Shown: in pieces, positions 18,342 through 29,301 of the stretch | Position numbering within the stretch: the stretch's first letter is position 1 | Layout of the letters: the number at the start of each line of letters is the position of its first letter | From: Myxococcota bacterium | Lineage (GTDB): Bacteria > Myxococcota_A > UBA9160 > UBA4427 | Length of the DNA: 39,687 bases | Direction of reading: 5' to 3' | Assembly (NCBI GenBank): GCA_036336835.1 | Contig: JAYZFK010000052.1 | Coordinates: 1-39,687 of the forward strand | Program-made: the position numbers and the translations under genes | Notes under the pieces: generated by a model | Database searches by the model: none | Told to the model about the DNA's origin: nothing | The model's input: only the letters and a program-made list of their open reading frames with translations

Positions 18342-18428
18342 ATGGTGGACTCGAAGCACTCGGTCGACGCGCCGTTGTCTCGTGTCCAGCGGGAAACCGC
18401 CGGGCTGCTCGTGGGGAGGCTCCGATGA
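18342..18428 (+). CDS. Putative 28-aa mini-ORF or gene remnant coupled to the DUF547 gene
   Basis: GGAGGAG 7 nt before the ATG; 23 of 27 codons end in G/C; its stop overlaps the next start as ATGA. Confidence 0.3.
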   Translation: MVDSKHSVDAPLSRVQRETAGLLVGRLR

Positions 18429-19195
18429 TCCGGGCAGCGAGCGTCGCTCTCGCGATTGCTCTCGTCGCCGTCGAGGCGCCGGCGCTGGACGAAGGTCTCT
18501 ACGCCACGTTGCTCGAGGCGCACACCGTCGCGGTCGACGATATCGCGTCCACCCGGGTCGACTATGCGGCGCTGCGCACGTCGCCAGCCTGGGAGCGGCT
18601 GATCGTCAGCCTGCGTGAATCGGATCCGCGGCGGGTGCGCTCGCGAAGGGCGAAGATCGCCTTCTGGATCAATGCGTACAACATCCTGGCGATCGATCTG
18701 GTGCGCCGGCACTACCCGATCGACAGCATTCGCTCGATCGGCGGCTTCTTCTCTCCCGTGTGGAAGAAGAAGGCGGGGGAGATCGGCGGACGCTCGTACA
18801 CGCTGCACGAGATCGAGCACGAGATCTTGCTTCCGATGGGCGAGCCCCGGGTCCACGCGGCGATGGTGTGCGCGTCCCTCTCCTGCCCGCCGCTGCGGCG
18901 CGAGCCGTACCGGGCGGCCGACCTCGACGCGCAGCTCGACGACAACGCGCGCCGCTGGCTCGCCGACCCGCGGAAGGGGGCGCGAATCGACCGGGCTACT
19001 CGCACGCTCCGTCTCAGCCGGATTCTCGACTGGTTCGCCGACGACTTCGGCGACAGCGTGCTGCCGTTCGTCGTTGCGCATCTGCCGGATGACGACGCGA
19101 GCTTCGTCCGGGCGCAGGGGGATGCGCTGCGGATCCGTTACTTCGACTACGACTGGAGCGTCAACGACTACAGCACGGCCGCTCCCGTTCGCTAG
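18425..19195 (+). CDS. DUF547 domain-containing secreted protein
   Basis: Signal-like N-terminus, VDYAAL, AFWINAYN, EPRVHAAMVCASLSCPPL, LSRILDWF..DF and YDWSVN motifs; GGGGAGG RBS. An alternative start at 18338 is possible. Confidence 0.88.
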   Translation: MIRAASVALAIALVAVEAPALDEGLYATLLEAHTVAVDDIASTRVDYAALRTSPAWERLIVSLRESDPRRVRSRRAKIAFWINAYNILAIDLVRRHYPIDSIRSIGGFFSPVWKKKAGEIGGRSYTLHEIEHEILLPMGEPRVHAAMVCASLSCPPLRREPYRAADLDAQLDDNARRWLADPRKGARIDRATRTLRLSRILDWFADDFGDSVLPFVVAHLPDDDASFVRAQGDALRIRYFDYDWSVNDYSTAAPVR

Positions 19196-19848
19196 CGCGT
19201 CGCGAGCAACCCCTGCAGGATCAGCTCGGCAATCGAGTCCGCGGTCTCCTTGGGAGAGGCCTGGGCGATCTCGGCGACCTCGGGTCGCGCGAACTCGCGG
19301 CCGAGGCCGCCGAGCGCGTGGGCGACCGACGCGGTGTCGACCGCGGCGATCTGCCCTTCGGCAACGGCGCGGTCGAGCAGGCTCTGCGCTACGGCGATCA
19401 GGTAGGTCTCGTGTGCCGAGATCAGGCGGCCCGCTCCGGCGACCTTCGAGAGATCGGCCGCCAGAGCCACCGCTTCGGGCTGGACCGCCTCGTTGGCGGC
19501 CTGCAGGTACGCGCGCAGCGCGTCGAGCGGCCGCATCGACGCGTCGAGGGAATCGATTGCGGCGCGGCCGATGCGGTGGAGACGACGGTCGACGACCGTG
19601 AGCAATAGCCCGTCCTTGCTGGGCGCAATGCCGTAGAGCGTGCGAAGCGAGCAGCCCACGAGCGCCGCGATCTCGGCCATCGTGAGATCCGCGAGGCTCT
19701 GGCGGATCAGCTCCGCCTCCAGCTCGTCGAGCAGCTCGAGCTGCCGCGCGCTGAGCTGTCGCTCGGCCTCGCGCGATAGCATTGGCTTCGGAGCGCGAAC
19801 GCCAGGGAAGCGCAGCCAAGCGGTTTCGTGGCTGGCGACGGGCGTCAC
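19192..19848 (-). CDS. TetR/AcrR family transcriptional regulator
   Basis: HTH motif LTMAEIAALVGCSLRTLYGIAPSKDGLL. The GTG start overlaps the AtuA stop (GTGA). This is the real 3' part of the 712-aa track ORF. Confidence 0.88.
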   Translation of the reverse strand: MTPVASHETAWLRFPGVRAPKPMLSREAERQLSARQLELLDELEAELIRQSLADLTMAEIAALVGCSLRTLYGIAPSKDGLLLTVVDRRLHRIGRAAIDSLDASMRPLDALRAYLQAANEAVQPEAVALAADLSKVAGAGRLISAHETYLIAVAQSLLDRAVAEGQIAAVDTASVAHALGGLGREFARPEVAEIAQASPKETADSIAELILQGLLATR

Positions 19849-21602
19849 GGCAGCAGAGCCTCCGGTACTTCGACCACGCGTGCGCGCAGCCATTCGCCGA
19901 GGCTCTTGGCCTGTGGATCCTGGCGCGTCGAGGCCGCGACTCCTTCCTGGAGCAGTCCGTGGAGCACGAAGTTGAGCGAGCGCAGCGCCGGGAGACGGTG
20001 CCGGTCCACCTGCAGGCTCGCCGCTTCGGGAAGCAGCTCTTCGAGCTTCTCGCTGGTCAGGAACTGATCGAGCCAGGCCCAGGCTTCGTCGCTGCGCGCG
20101 AAGACGCCGAGGTTCGCGTTGCCGCCCTTGTCGCCCGAGCGCGCGCCGCAGAGCGTGCCGAGCGGCACGCGTCGGGTCGGGCCGTCCGGCGCTGCGGCCG
20201 CGGGGCCGGGAGTCGGCGTCACGCCGACCGCGGGGCGCGGGATCACGGAGGAGACTTCGCGCGACTCGCCTCCGAGCATCACGACCTGCTGGGGCACGAT
20301 TTCGGCCGGGACGCTCGCCGGCTCCATCACGCCGAAGGCGCGTCCCGAGCCCGGGCCGCCGCCCACGCCGAAGAAGCCCGGAATGTTTGCGAGCGCGAGC
20401 TCGATCACGGCGTTCGAGAAGGCGCGGCCCACCTTCTTGTCGTCGGGATCCTTCACGCTGATCTTCAGGATGGCGACCGCCTGCTCGTTGGTCTCCGGGT
20501 CGGGCTTGTCGCTGCGCACGAGTCGAGTGGACACGAACGCAAAGTCGTCCGGAGAGAAGGGGCACGCCTGCCAGAAGCCCGTTTCGACGAGCTCGGCCTT
20601 CTCTTCGATGTCGATGCCCGTCAGGCACACGCTCATCTCGTTGCGGAAGCCGCCCGGGCGGTTGATGCAGACCTTGAGCGTGCTCGGCGGCGGCTCGCCC
20701 TGCGTGCCGTGGACGCGCACCCGGTCTCGCGCTTGCTGGGTGAGCTCGATCGTGTCGAAGCGGGTCGTCACGTCCGGCCCGAGGTACTCGGGGCCGCCGA
20801 TCTCGTAGAGAAGCTGCGACGTGACGGTGCCGATCGAGACCTCTCCACCGGTTCCGTCGTGCTTGCCGATGACCGACGAGTCGTCCTCGGCGATCTCGGC
20901 CCAGGGGAAGCCGACCCGGGCCATCCCGGAAACCTCCTTGAAGAAGGAGTAGTTGCCGCCGGTTGCCTGGGTGCCGCACTCGATCACGTGGCCGGCCGCG
21001 ACGGCGCCGGCCAGCGCGTTCCAGTCGGTGCGACTCCAGCCGTGGTGCCAGGCGGCCGGGCCGCACACCACGGCCGCGTCGGTGGTGCGGCCGGTGATCA
21101 CGATGTCGGCGCCCTGCTCGAGCGCCTCCACGATCCCCCAGCAGCCGAAGTAGGCGTTGGCGGTCAGGAACGCCGAGGCGTCCTTGATCGGCTCGCCGGT
21201 CTCGAAGTGGCTGAGCTGATCGCCAGCGATCAGCTCGTTCATGCGCGGCAGCAGGTCGTCGCCCCGGACGTAGGCGATCTTCGGGTCGAGGCCCAGCTTG
21301 CTGGCCACCTCGGCCACGGCTTCGGCGCAACCGTCCGGGTCGAGGCCTCCGGCGTTGCTCACCACCTTGATGCCCCGATCGAGGCAGGTCCCCATGACCT
21401 GCTCCAGCTGCGTCACGAAGGTGCGCGCGTAGCCACCGCCGGGCCGCTTGGCGCGCGTGCGCGCGAGGATCAGCATGGTGAGCTCGGCGAGCCAGTCGCC
21501 GGTGAGGACGTCGATGGGTCCGCCCTCGACCATCTCGCGGGCGGCCGAGAGCCGGTCTCCGAAGAAGCCCGAGCAGTTCGCAATGCGGATCGGATCGGCC
21601 AT
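19845..21602 (-). CDS. atuA: Acyclic terpene utilization AtuA family protein
   Basis: IRIANCSGFFGDR, DWLAELTM, NAGGLDP, ANAYFG, GHVIECGTQATGGNY, SQLLYEI, ARSGDKGGNANLG and DPQAKSLGE motifs; GGGAG RBS. Confidence 0.92.
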   Translation of the reverse strand: MADPIRIANCSGFFGDRLSAAREMVEGGPIDVLTGDWLAELTMLILARTRAKRPGGGYARTFVTQLEQVMGTCLDRGIKVVSNAGGLDPDGCAEAVAEVASKLGLDPKIAYVRGDDLLPRMNELIAGDQLSHFETGEPIKDASAFLTANAYFGCWGIVEALEQGADIVITGRTTDAAVVCGPAAWHHGWSRTDWNALAGAVAAGHVIECGTQATGGNYSFFKEVSGMARVGFPWAEIAEDDSSVIGKHDGTGGEVSIGTVTSQLLYEIGGPEYLGPDVTTRFDTIELTQQARDRVRVHGTQGEPPPSTLKVCINRPGGFRNEMSVCLTGIDIEEKAELVETGFWQACPFSPDDFAFVSTRLVRSDKPDPETNEQAVAILKISVKDPDDKKVGRAFSNAVIELALANIPGFFGVGGGPGSGRAFGVMEPASVPAEIVPQQVVMLGGESREVSSVIPRPAVGVTPTPGPAAAAPDGPTRRVPLGTLCGARSGDKGGNANLGVFARSDEAWAWLDQFLTSEKLEELLPEAASLQVDRHRLPALRSLNFVLHGLLQEGVAASTRQDPQAKSLGEWLRARVVEVPEALLP

Positions 21603-21613
21603 GTTGCAGCTCC

Positions 21614-23559
<1,946 letters not shown>

Positions 23560-23563
<4 letters not shown>

Positions 23564-25221
23564 AGCCGGAACACTCCGTAGCCCGACGCGCCCTCGATCG
23601 GCTTGTTGCGCACCACCGAGAGACAGATGCCCAGCGCGGTCCGCGTGTCGCGTGGGTCGAGGATGCCGTCGTCGGTGATCGCGCCGCTGGCTTCGAGCGC
23701 GATCGATCCCCGCTCCTGTTCCGCCTCGACCGCGGCTCGGATCTCGGCGTCCGCTTCTTCGTCGAACGGCTCTCCCTTTCGCGCGGCCTGCCCGCGGCGC
23801 ACGATCGACATGACCCCGGCGATCTGCTTGCCGCCCATCACGGCGATCCGGGCGCTCGGCCAGATGAAAGTGAACCGGTTGTTGAAGGCACGTCCCGACA
23901 TCGCGTAGGTGCCGGCGCCGTACGAGGCCCCGACGATGACTGTCAGGTGCGGCACCTCCGAGTTGGTGACGGCGTTGATCAGCTGCGACCCCTTCTTGAT
24001 CATGCCCGCCTGCTCGTAGTCGCGCCCCACGATGAAGCCGGTCAGGTTCTGCAGGAACACGAGCGGGACGTCGATCTGGTTGCAGAGCTGGACGAAGTGG
24101 GCGCCCTTCTCCGCGGACTCGGGATACAGCACACCGTTGTTGCCGAGCAAGCCCACCGGATAGCCGTCAATCGAGGCGAAGCCGCAGACCAGGGTCGGTC
24201 CATAGCGCGGCTTGAACTCCTCGAAGCGCGAGCCGTCGACGATGCGCCCGATCACGTCTCGGATCTCGACGGGCCGACGCAGGTCGGCGTCCATGATGCC
24301 GAGCAGCTCCTCTGGATCGAGCTCGGGCGGATCCGCCCGGAGCGAGGGCGTCGGACCCGGCTTGCGCCAATTCAGGTGGGAGACGATCTCGCGGCACAGG
24401 CGCAGGGCGTCCGGCTCGTCTTCGGCCAGGTACTCCCCGAGCCCCGAGATCTCGGCGTGCATCTTGGCCCCGCCTAGCGTCTCGTCATCGGACTCCTCGC
24501 CCGTGGCCATCTTGACGAGTGGCGGACCGGCCAGGAAGATCTTCGACTGCTCCTTGATCACGACGTTGTAGTCGGACATGCCGGGCTGGTACGCGCCGCC
24601 CGCCGTCGATGAGCCGAACACCACGCAGACCGTCGGGATCTCGAGCTTCGAGAGCTCGATCATCTCGTAGAAGAAGCGACCCGTCTCGGCGAAGTGCTCG
24701 ATCTTGGTGCCCCCGGCCGTGCTGGCTCCATCCTTCTTTTTCGATCCACCGCGCCTGCGCAGGTCGGCGCCGGCCGACTCGACGAAGCTCACGTAGGGGA
24801 TGCGGTTGTCGCGGGCGATCTCGAGGGCGCGCATCCACTTCTTGCCGACGTGCGGCGTGAGCGCGCCGCCGAGCACCGTCGGGTCGTTGGCGAAGATTAC
24901 GCACTCGACGCCGCCGATGACGCCGATGCCCAGCACCGCGCCGCCGCCGATCGTGTAGGACGAGTTGTAGGCGGCCAGCGAGCTGATCTCGAGGAAGGGG
25001 CTGTCCGGGTCGAGGGCCAGTGCGATGCGCTCGCGGACCGGGAGCTTGCCGCGCTTGGCGAGGCGCTCGTGGTGGTAGGCTCCCCCACCGAGCTCGGCCT
25101 CGTCGAGCAGCGCGTCGATCTCCTCGAGCTTCTTCAGCATCGCGTCCCGGTTCTCCCGGAACTCGGGCGCGCGCGGATCGAGGGTCGAACGCAGGGGCGG
25201 AGCGAGCAGCGAGGGTTGCAT
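23560..25221 (-). CDS. Acyl-CoA carboxylase carboxyltransferase beta subunit (AtuC/AccD2-like)
   Basis: RERIALALDP, ANDPTVLGG, VESAGADL, STAGGAYQPGMSD, LAGPPLVKMATGE, GASYGAGTYAMSGR and DDGILDPRDTR motifs. Start moved to the ATG at 25221; GTGA overlap with the next gene. Confidence 0.95.
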
Positions 25222-25245
25222 GGCATTTCCATCCGGATGAGTCGG

Positions 25246-25294
25246 TTGACGCACAGGTAACAGAGACGGTAATAATAGGCAATAAATATTCTCA
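25246..25294. promoter_or_regulatory. AT-rich divergent promoter/operator region
   Basis: Plus strand has TTGACG (25246-51) followed by TAATAA (25270-75). Minus strand has tgccTATTAT (25272-77). Three GG(T/C)AA(C/T)A direct repeats at 25256, 25268 and 25278. Confidence 0.6.
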
Positions 25295-25314
25295 CGCGCA
25301 CCTCGGGAGAAGCA

Positions 25315-26085
25315 ATGGGAGAAGTCCGGGTCGAGACCGACGGCGGGGTCCTGACCGTCACGCTCGCCGACGTGGAGAACCGCAACGCGCTCGGCGCCGT
25401 GGTGGTCAACGGGTTGCACGATGCCATCGTCGAGGCGAACGCCGATCCGGAGATCCGCGCCGTCGTCGTGACCAATGAAGGCACGACCTTCTGCGCCGGG
25501 GCGAATCTGAAGGAGCAGTCCGGTGCTGTCACGGCCACTCGGCCGAAGCTGGGCTTCGAGGCATTGCTAGGCGAGATTCAGCGCTCGCCCACGCCGATCG
25601 TTGGCAAGATCAACGGCCACGTGGTTGGCGGCGGCGCCGGTCTGGCCGCGGCGCTCGACATCGCGATCGCGCGCGACGACGTCAAGTTCGGCTTCAGCGA
25701 GGTTCGGCTCGGCGTGGCGCCGGCGATCATCTCCGTCGTATGCCTGCCCAAGATGCGGCGCGGCGACGCGCTGGAGGCGTTTCTGCGCGGCAACCGCTTT
25801 CCGGCGGCACGCGCCGCCGAGCTCGGTCTGATCAGCCGCGCCGTGCCGGTGGAGGAGCTCGACGCGGCGGTCGACGAAGTGCTCGCCGATCTGCGCCTCG
25901 GCGGGCCGGGTGCGCTGGGGGCCGCGAAGCGCCTCGTCTACGAGGTGCCGGCCATGGAGCAGGCGGAAGCCGTCGCATGGACCACCGATCTCTCTCGCCA
26001 GCTCTTTGCGGGCGAGGAAGCGGCCGCCGGAATGAAGGCTTTCCTGAAGCGCGAAAGGCCGCCGTGGGCTGCCGACGCAGAGTGA
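25315..26085 (+). CDS. Enoyl-CoA hydratase, methylglutaconyl/isohexenylglutaconyl-CoA hydratase-like (LiuC/AtuE-like)
   Basis: NRNAL, FCAGANL and GGGAGLAAALD...FGFSEVRLGVAPAII (single-Glu pattern of AtuE/LiuC-type enzymes); sits next to the carboxylase genes. Confidence 0.85.
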   Translation: MGEVRVETDGGVLTVTLADVENRNALGAVVVNGLHDAIVEANADPEIRAVVVTNEGTTFCAGANLKEQSGAVTATRPKLGFEALLGEIQRSPTPIVGKINGHVVGGGAGLAAALDIAIARDDVKFGFSEVRLGVAPAIISVVCLPKMRRGDALEAFLRGNRFPAARAAELGLISRAVPVEELDAAVDEVLADLRLGGPGALGAAKRLVYEVPAMEQAEAVAWTTDLSRQLFAGEEAAAGMKAFLKRERPPWAADAE

Positions 26086-26088
26086 GCA

Positions 26089-26116
26089 CGGCGACCGCAG
26101 CCGACTGCGGCAGCCG
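26089..26116 (+). other. Intergenic GC stem-loop
   Basis: CGGC-ga-CCGCAG-ccga-CTGCGG-ca-GCCG just after the hydratase stop; no U-tract. Confidence 0.4.
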
Positions 26117-26133
26117 AACGAGGAGCTAGCGGG

Positions 26134-26934
26134 ATGCTGCAAGTGTGCGCGGATTTCCGTGAGGAAGTGGACGAGTTCCATGGATTCCTCCAGACCTTGA
26201 AGCCCGAGGACTGGCGGCGCGAAACCGGCTTCATGCAGTGGACGACCTGGGACGTGGTTGCGCATCTCCACTACTTCGACCTGGTTTCGACCTCGTCGCT
26301 CGAGGGCGAGGAGGCCTTTGCGCCGGAACGCGTGGTACTGATCGCAGCCGTCGGCGAGGGCCGCACCCTCCAGCAGCTCGCCCACGAACGCCTGCAAAGT
26401 CTCGACGCGGCCAGCCTGCTCGAGCATTGGCACGGCACGGCCCATGGCCTCGCGCAGGCCCTCGGCGAGGCGGATCCGAAACGGCGCATGCCCTGGTTCG
26501 GGCCGGACATGGGCGTGCAGATGTTCACCACTGCCCGCTACATGGAGACCTGGGCGCACGCGCACGAGGTCTACGACCTCGTCGGCGTGTCGCGCCGCTA
26601 CACGGACAGGATCAAGAACATCGCCACCATCGGCGTGAAGACGTTCGACTGGACCTTCGTCAACCGCAAGATGGAGGTCCCCGACTCTCCGCCCCACGTG
26701 CGGATCGTGGCGCCGTCGGGCGCGATCTGGGAATGGAACGAGCCCAGCGAGACCGAGTTGATCCGCGGCGACGCGGTCGACTTCTGCCACGTCGTGACGC
26801 AGGGCCGGAACGTCGCCGATACGGCGCTCGAGGTGGTGGGCCCGGTCGCCACGCAGTGGATGTCGATTGCCCAGTGCTTCGCCGGAGCTGTCGCCGATCC
26901 GCCGGCGCCCGGCGCGCGAACCGGCAGCCGCTGA
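26134..26934 (+). CDS. TIGR03084-like metal-binding protein (DinB/maleylpyruvate isomerase N-terminal superfamily)
   Basis: WTTWDVVAHLHYFD, MPWFGPDM, TARYMETWAHAHEV, LIRGDAVDFCHVVTQGRN and WMSIAQCFAG motifs; GAGGAG RBS. Confidence 0.8.
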   Translation: MLQVCADFREEVDEFHGFLQTLKPEDWRRETGFMQWTTWDVVAHLHYFDLVSTSSLEGEEAFAPERVVLIAAVGEGRTLQQLAHERLQSLDAASLLEHWHGTAHGLAQALGEADPKRRMPWFGPDMGVQMFTTARYMETWAHAHEVYDLVGVSRRYTDRIKNIATIGVKTFDWTFVNRKMEVPDSPPHVRIVAPSGAIWEWNEPSETELIRGDAVDFCHVVTQGRNVADTALEVVGPVATQWMSIAQCFAGAVADPPAPGARTGSR

Positions 26935-26965
26935 GCCGCGCCGGGCGGCGCGTCAGAGAGAGGCC

Positions 26966-28159
26966 ATGAATCTCGAGTTCGATGCACGATACGAGGCGTT
27001 CCGAGCGCAGGTTTGCGACTTCCTCGCGACGCACGCGCCGCCCCGTCCCTCGGACCGAGACGACGGGAAGAAGCAGGAGCAGATCGCCTGGCTGAGCCTG
27101 CTCATCGAGCAGGGCTACTGGGCGCGCACCATCCCGAAGGAGTACGGCGGCTACGGAGCCGAGCCGGATCTTCTCGAGACGGTGATCATGGACGAGGAGT
27201 TCAACAAGGCAGGCGTGCCGCGAGGCATGATGGCGCAGGGCCCGTCGATGCTGGTGCCCACGCTGCTCGGCCACGGCAGCGAAGTGCAGCGCAAGGGTTG
27301 GATCGGCCCCACCATGCGCGGCGAGGTGATCTGGTGTCAGGGCTACTCGGAGCCCGAATCCGGCAGCGATCTCGCGAGCCTCCAGACACGGGCGAGCGAA
27401 GATGGCGACGATTTCGTGATCAACGGTCAGAAGATCTGGACGAGCACGGCGGATGCGGCCGACATGTGCTTCATCCTCGTCCGAACCGAGTCCGACGCGA
27501 AAAAGCACGAAGGCATCAGCTACATCCTGCTCCCGATGGACACGCCGGGGATCGAGGTGCAGCCGCTGCGTACCATGTCCGGGGACATCGGCGAGAACTC
27601 CTTCAATCAGGTCTTTCTCACTGACGTACGCGTGCCCAAGCTGAATGTGGTCGGCAAGCGCGGCGAAGGCTGGAAGATCGCGAACACGACGCTCGAGCAC
27701 GAGCGCAACGCGCTGAACGCCAACGCCGAAGGCACCTTGATGCGTCTCTCGCGGCTGATGAACGAGGAGACGATCGACGGGGTGTCGGCCATGGCGAGTC
27801 CGATCCTTCGCGACCGGTTGATGAGGCTGCAGGAACGGGCGCTCTCGATGAAGCACCACGGCATGCGGATGCTGACTTGCAGCCTGAAGGGTGAGTCGCC
27901 GGGGGTTGCCGGACTCGTCGTGAAGCTCCAGAACTGCCAGCTCAACTTCGACATGGCGGCGCTCGCGCTCGACGTCATGGGCGAGCTCGGTGCGCTGTAC
28001 GATCACACCAAATACGAGCGCGCGCGCGGCTACTGGCAAGCCCACTCGATGTTCTCGCTCGGGCTGATCATCGGTGGCGGTACCGCCCAGATCCAGAAGA
28101 ACATCATCGCGGAGCGCGGGCTCGGACTGCCGCGCGAGCCCAGGCCGGCGAAGGCCTGA
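26966..28159 (+). CDS. Acyl-CoA dehydrogenase, catalytic (alpha-type) subunit
   Basis: WCQGYSEPESGSDLASL, NGQKIWTS, FNQVFLTDVRVP, TLEHER and GGGTAQIQKNIIAERGLGLP motifs. Confidence 0.95.
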   Translation: MNLEFDARYEAFRAQVCDFLATHAPPRPSDRDDGKKQEQIAWLSLLIEQGYWARTIPKEYGGYGAEPDLLETVIMDEEFNKAGVPRGMMAQGPSMLVPTLLGHGSEVQRKGWIGPTMRGEVIWCQGYSEPESGSDLASLQTRASEDGDDFVINGQKIWTSTADAADMCFILVRTESDAKKHEGISYILLPMDTPGIEVQPLRTMSGDIGENSFNQVFLTDVRVPKLNVVGKRGEGWKIANTTLEHERNALNANAEGTLMRLSRLMNEETIDGVSAMASPILRDRLMRLQERALSMKHHGMRMLTCSLKGESPGVAGLVVKLQNCQLNFDMAALALDVMGELGALYDHTKYERARGYWQAHSMFSLGLIIGGGTAQIQKNIIAERGLGLPREPRPAKA

Positions 28160-28177
28160 GCGGGCGGGGAAGACGAC

Positions 28178-29290
28178 ATGGACTTCGGACTCTCGGAAGA
28201 CCAGATTCTGCTCGAGCGGACGGTGCGGAGCTTCCTCGCGGATCAGGTGCCCATCGAGCGCGTGCGCGAGCTGCGCGAGAGGGAGTGTCCGAACGATCGG
28301 GCCACCTGGAGTGCGCTCGCCAGCCTCGGCGTCAGCGGCATGCTGGTGCCGGAGGCGCAAGGCGGAAGCGAGCTCGCGTTGCTCGACGCCGCGCTCGTCT
28401 CCCAGGCGCTGGGCCACGCGGCGACGCCGACCCCCTTCCTGGCATCGGGCGTCATGGTGCCCACGGCGCTCGCGGCGGTGGGCGGGAGCGAGGCCCGCGA
28501 ATGGCTCGCCGGGATCGCGGGCGGTGAGCTCGTCTTCGGGGTCGCCGTGACGGAGCTCTTCTCGGTGCGCGAATCCGCGGGCATCACCGCAAATGCGGGT
28601 GCGCTGGACGGCAAGGCGATGATGGCGATCGATGCGTGTGGCGCGGACCTCGTGCTCGTCGCGATCGACAGTGACACACTGGCCGTCGTCCGCGCGGACG
28701 CGCCGGGACTTGCGATCACTCGCTTGAAGACGGTCGACGCGACGCGTTGCACGGCAGAGATCGTCCTGGACGGCGCCGCGCCCGAAGCCGTGTTCGAAGG
28801 TGCGGGGAAGGCGATCGCACGCATGCTCGACGCCGGCCGCATCGCTCTCGCGGCAGACGCCCTCGGTGCTTGCGAGTCGATGGTCGAGCAGGCGGTGGCC
28901 TATGCGAAGGAACGCAAGCAGTTTGATCGCCTGATCGGCTCGTTCCAGGCCGTCAAGCACATGTGCGCGGAGATGATCGCCGAGGTCGAGCCCGCGCGAT
29001 CGCTGCTCTGGTACGCCGCGCACAGCTTCGATGCGATCCCCGACGAGGCGCCGTTGATGGCGTGCCACGTGCTCGCACACACCTCCGAGATCGCGCGCGA
29101 GATTGCCAGCGTCTCGACCCAGGTACACGGCGGCGTCGGCTGGACCGACGACCAGAATCTCCACTTCTGGTTCAAGCGGATCGGCAATGCGCGCCACCTG
29201 CTCGGGGGCCCCGAGTATCTGAGAAACCGCGCGGCGGAGCTTCAGGGGTTCGCTCCTGCGGGTGCCGCTCGATCCAGCGCGATGGCGTAG
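28178..29290 (+). CDS. Acyl-CoA dehydrogenase, partner (beta-type) subunit
   Basis: MDFGLSEDQ, YAKERKQFDRLIGSFQAVKH and QVHGGVGWT motifs. Lacks the SEP.GSD motif, as in beta subunits of heterotetrameric ACADs. Confidence 0.9.
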   Translation: MDFGLSEDQILLERTVRSFLADQVPIERVRELRERECPNDRATWSALASLGVSGMLVPEAQGGSELALLDAALVSQALGHAATPTPFLASGVMVPTALAAVGGSEAREWLAGIAGGELVFGVAVTELFSVRESAGITANAGALDGKAMMAIDACGADLVLVAIDSDTLAVVRADAPGLAITRLKTVDATRCTAEIVLDGAAPEAVFEGAGKAIARMLDAGRIALAADALGACESMVEQAVAYAKERKQFDRLIGSFQAVKHMCAEMIAEVEPARSLLWYAAHSFDAIPDEAPLMACHVLAHTSEIAREIASVSTQVHGGVGWTDDQNLHFWFKRIGNARHLLGGPEYLRNRAAELQGFAPAGAARSSAMA

Positions 29291-29301
29291 GGGGATCGGG
29301 C

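Noticed and set aside
18250..18424. Riboswitch or structured ncRNA upstream of DUF547 (GGCGGAG/CTCCGCC, CCGAG/CTCGG, GCGG-GAAA-CCGC stems)
   Set aside because: I could not find the conserved cores of glycine, TPP, cobalamin, SAM or c-di-GMP riboswitches, and short GC stems are expected by chance. An Rfam/Infernal scan would be decisive.
19192..21330. 712-aa ORF as a long TetR fusion
   Set aside because: The N-terminal 494 codons are an alternate frame of atuA; TetR starts at the GTGA overlap (19848).
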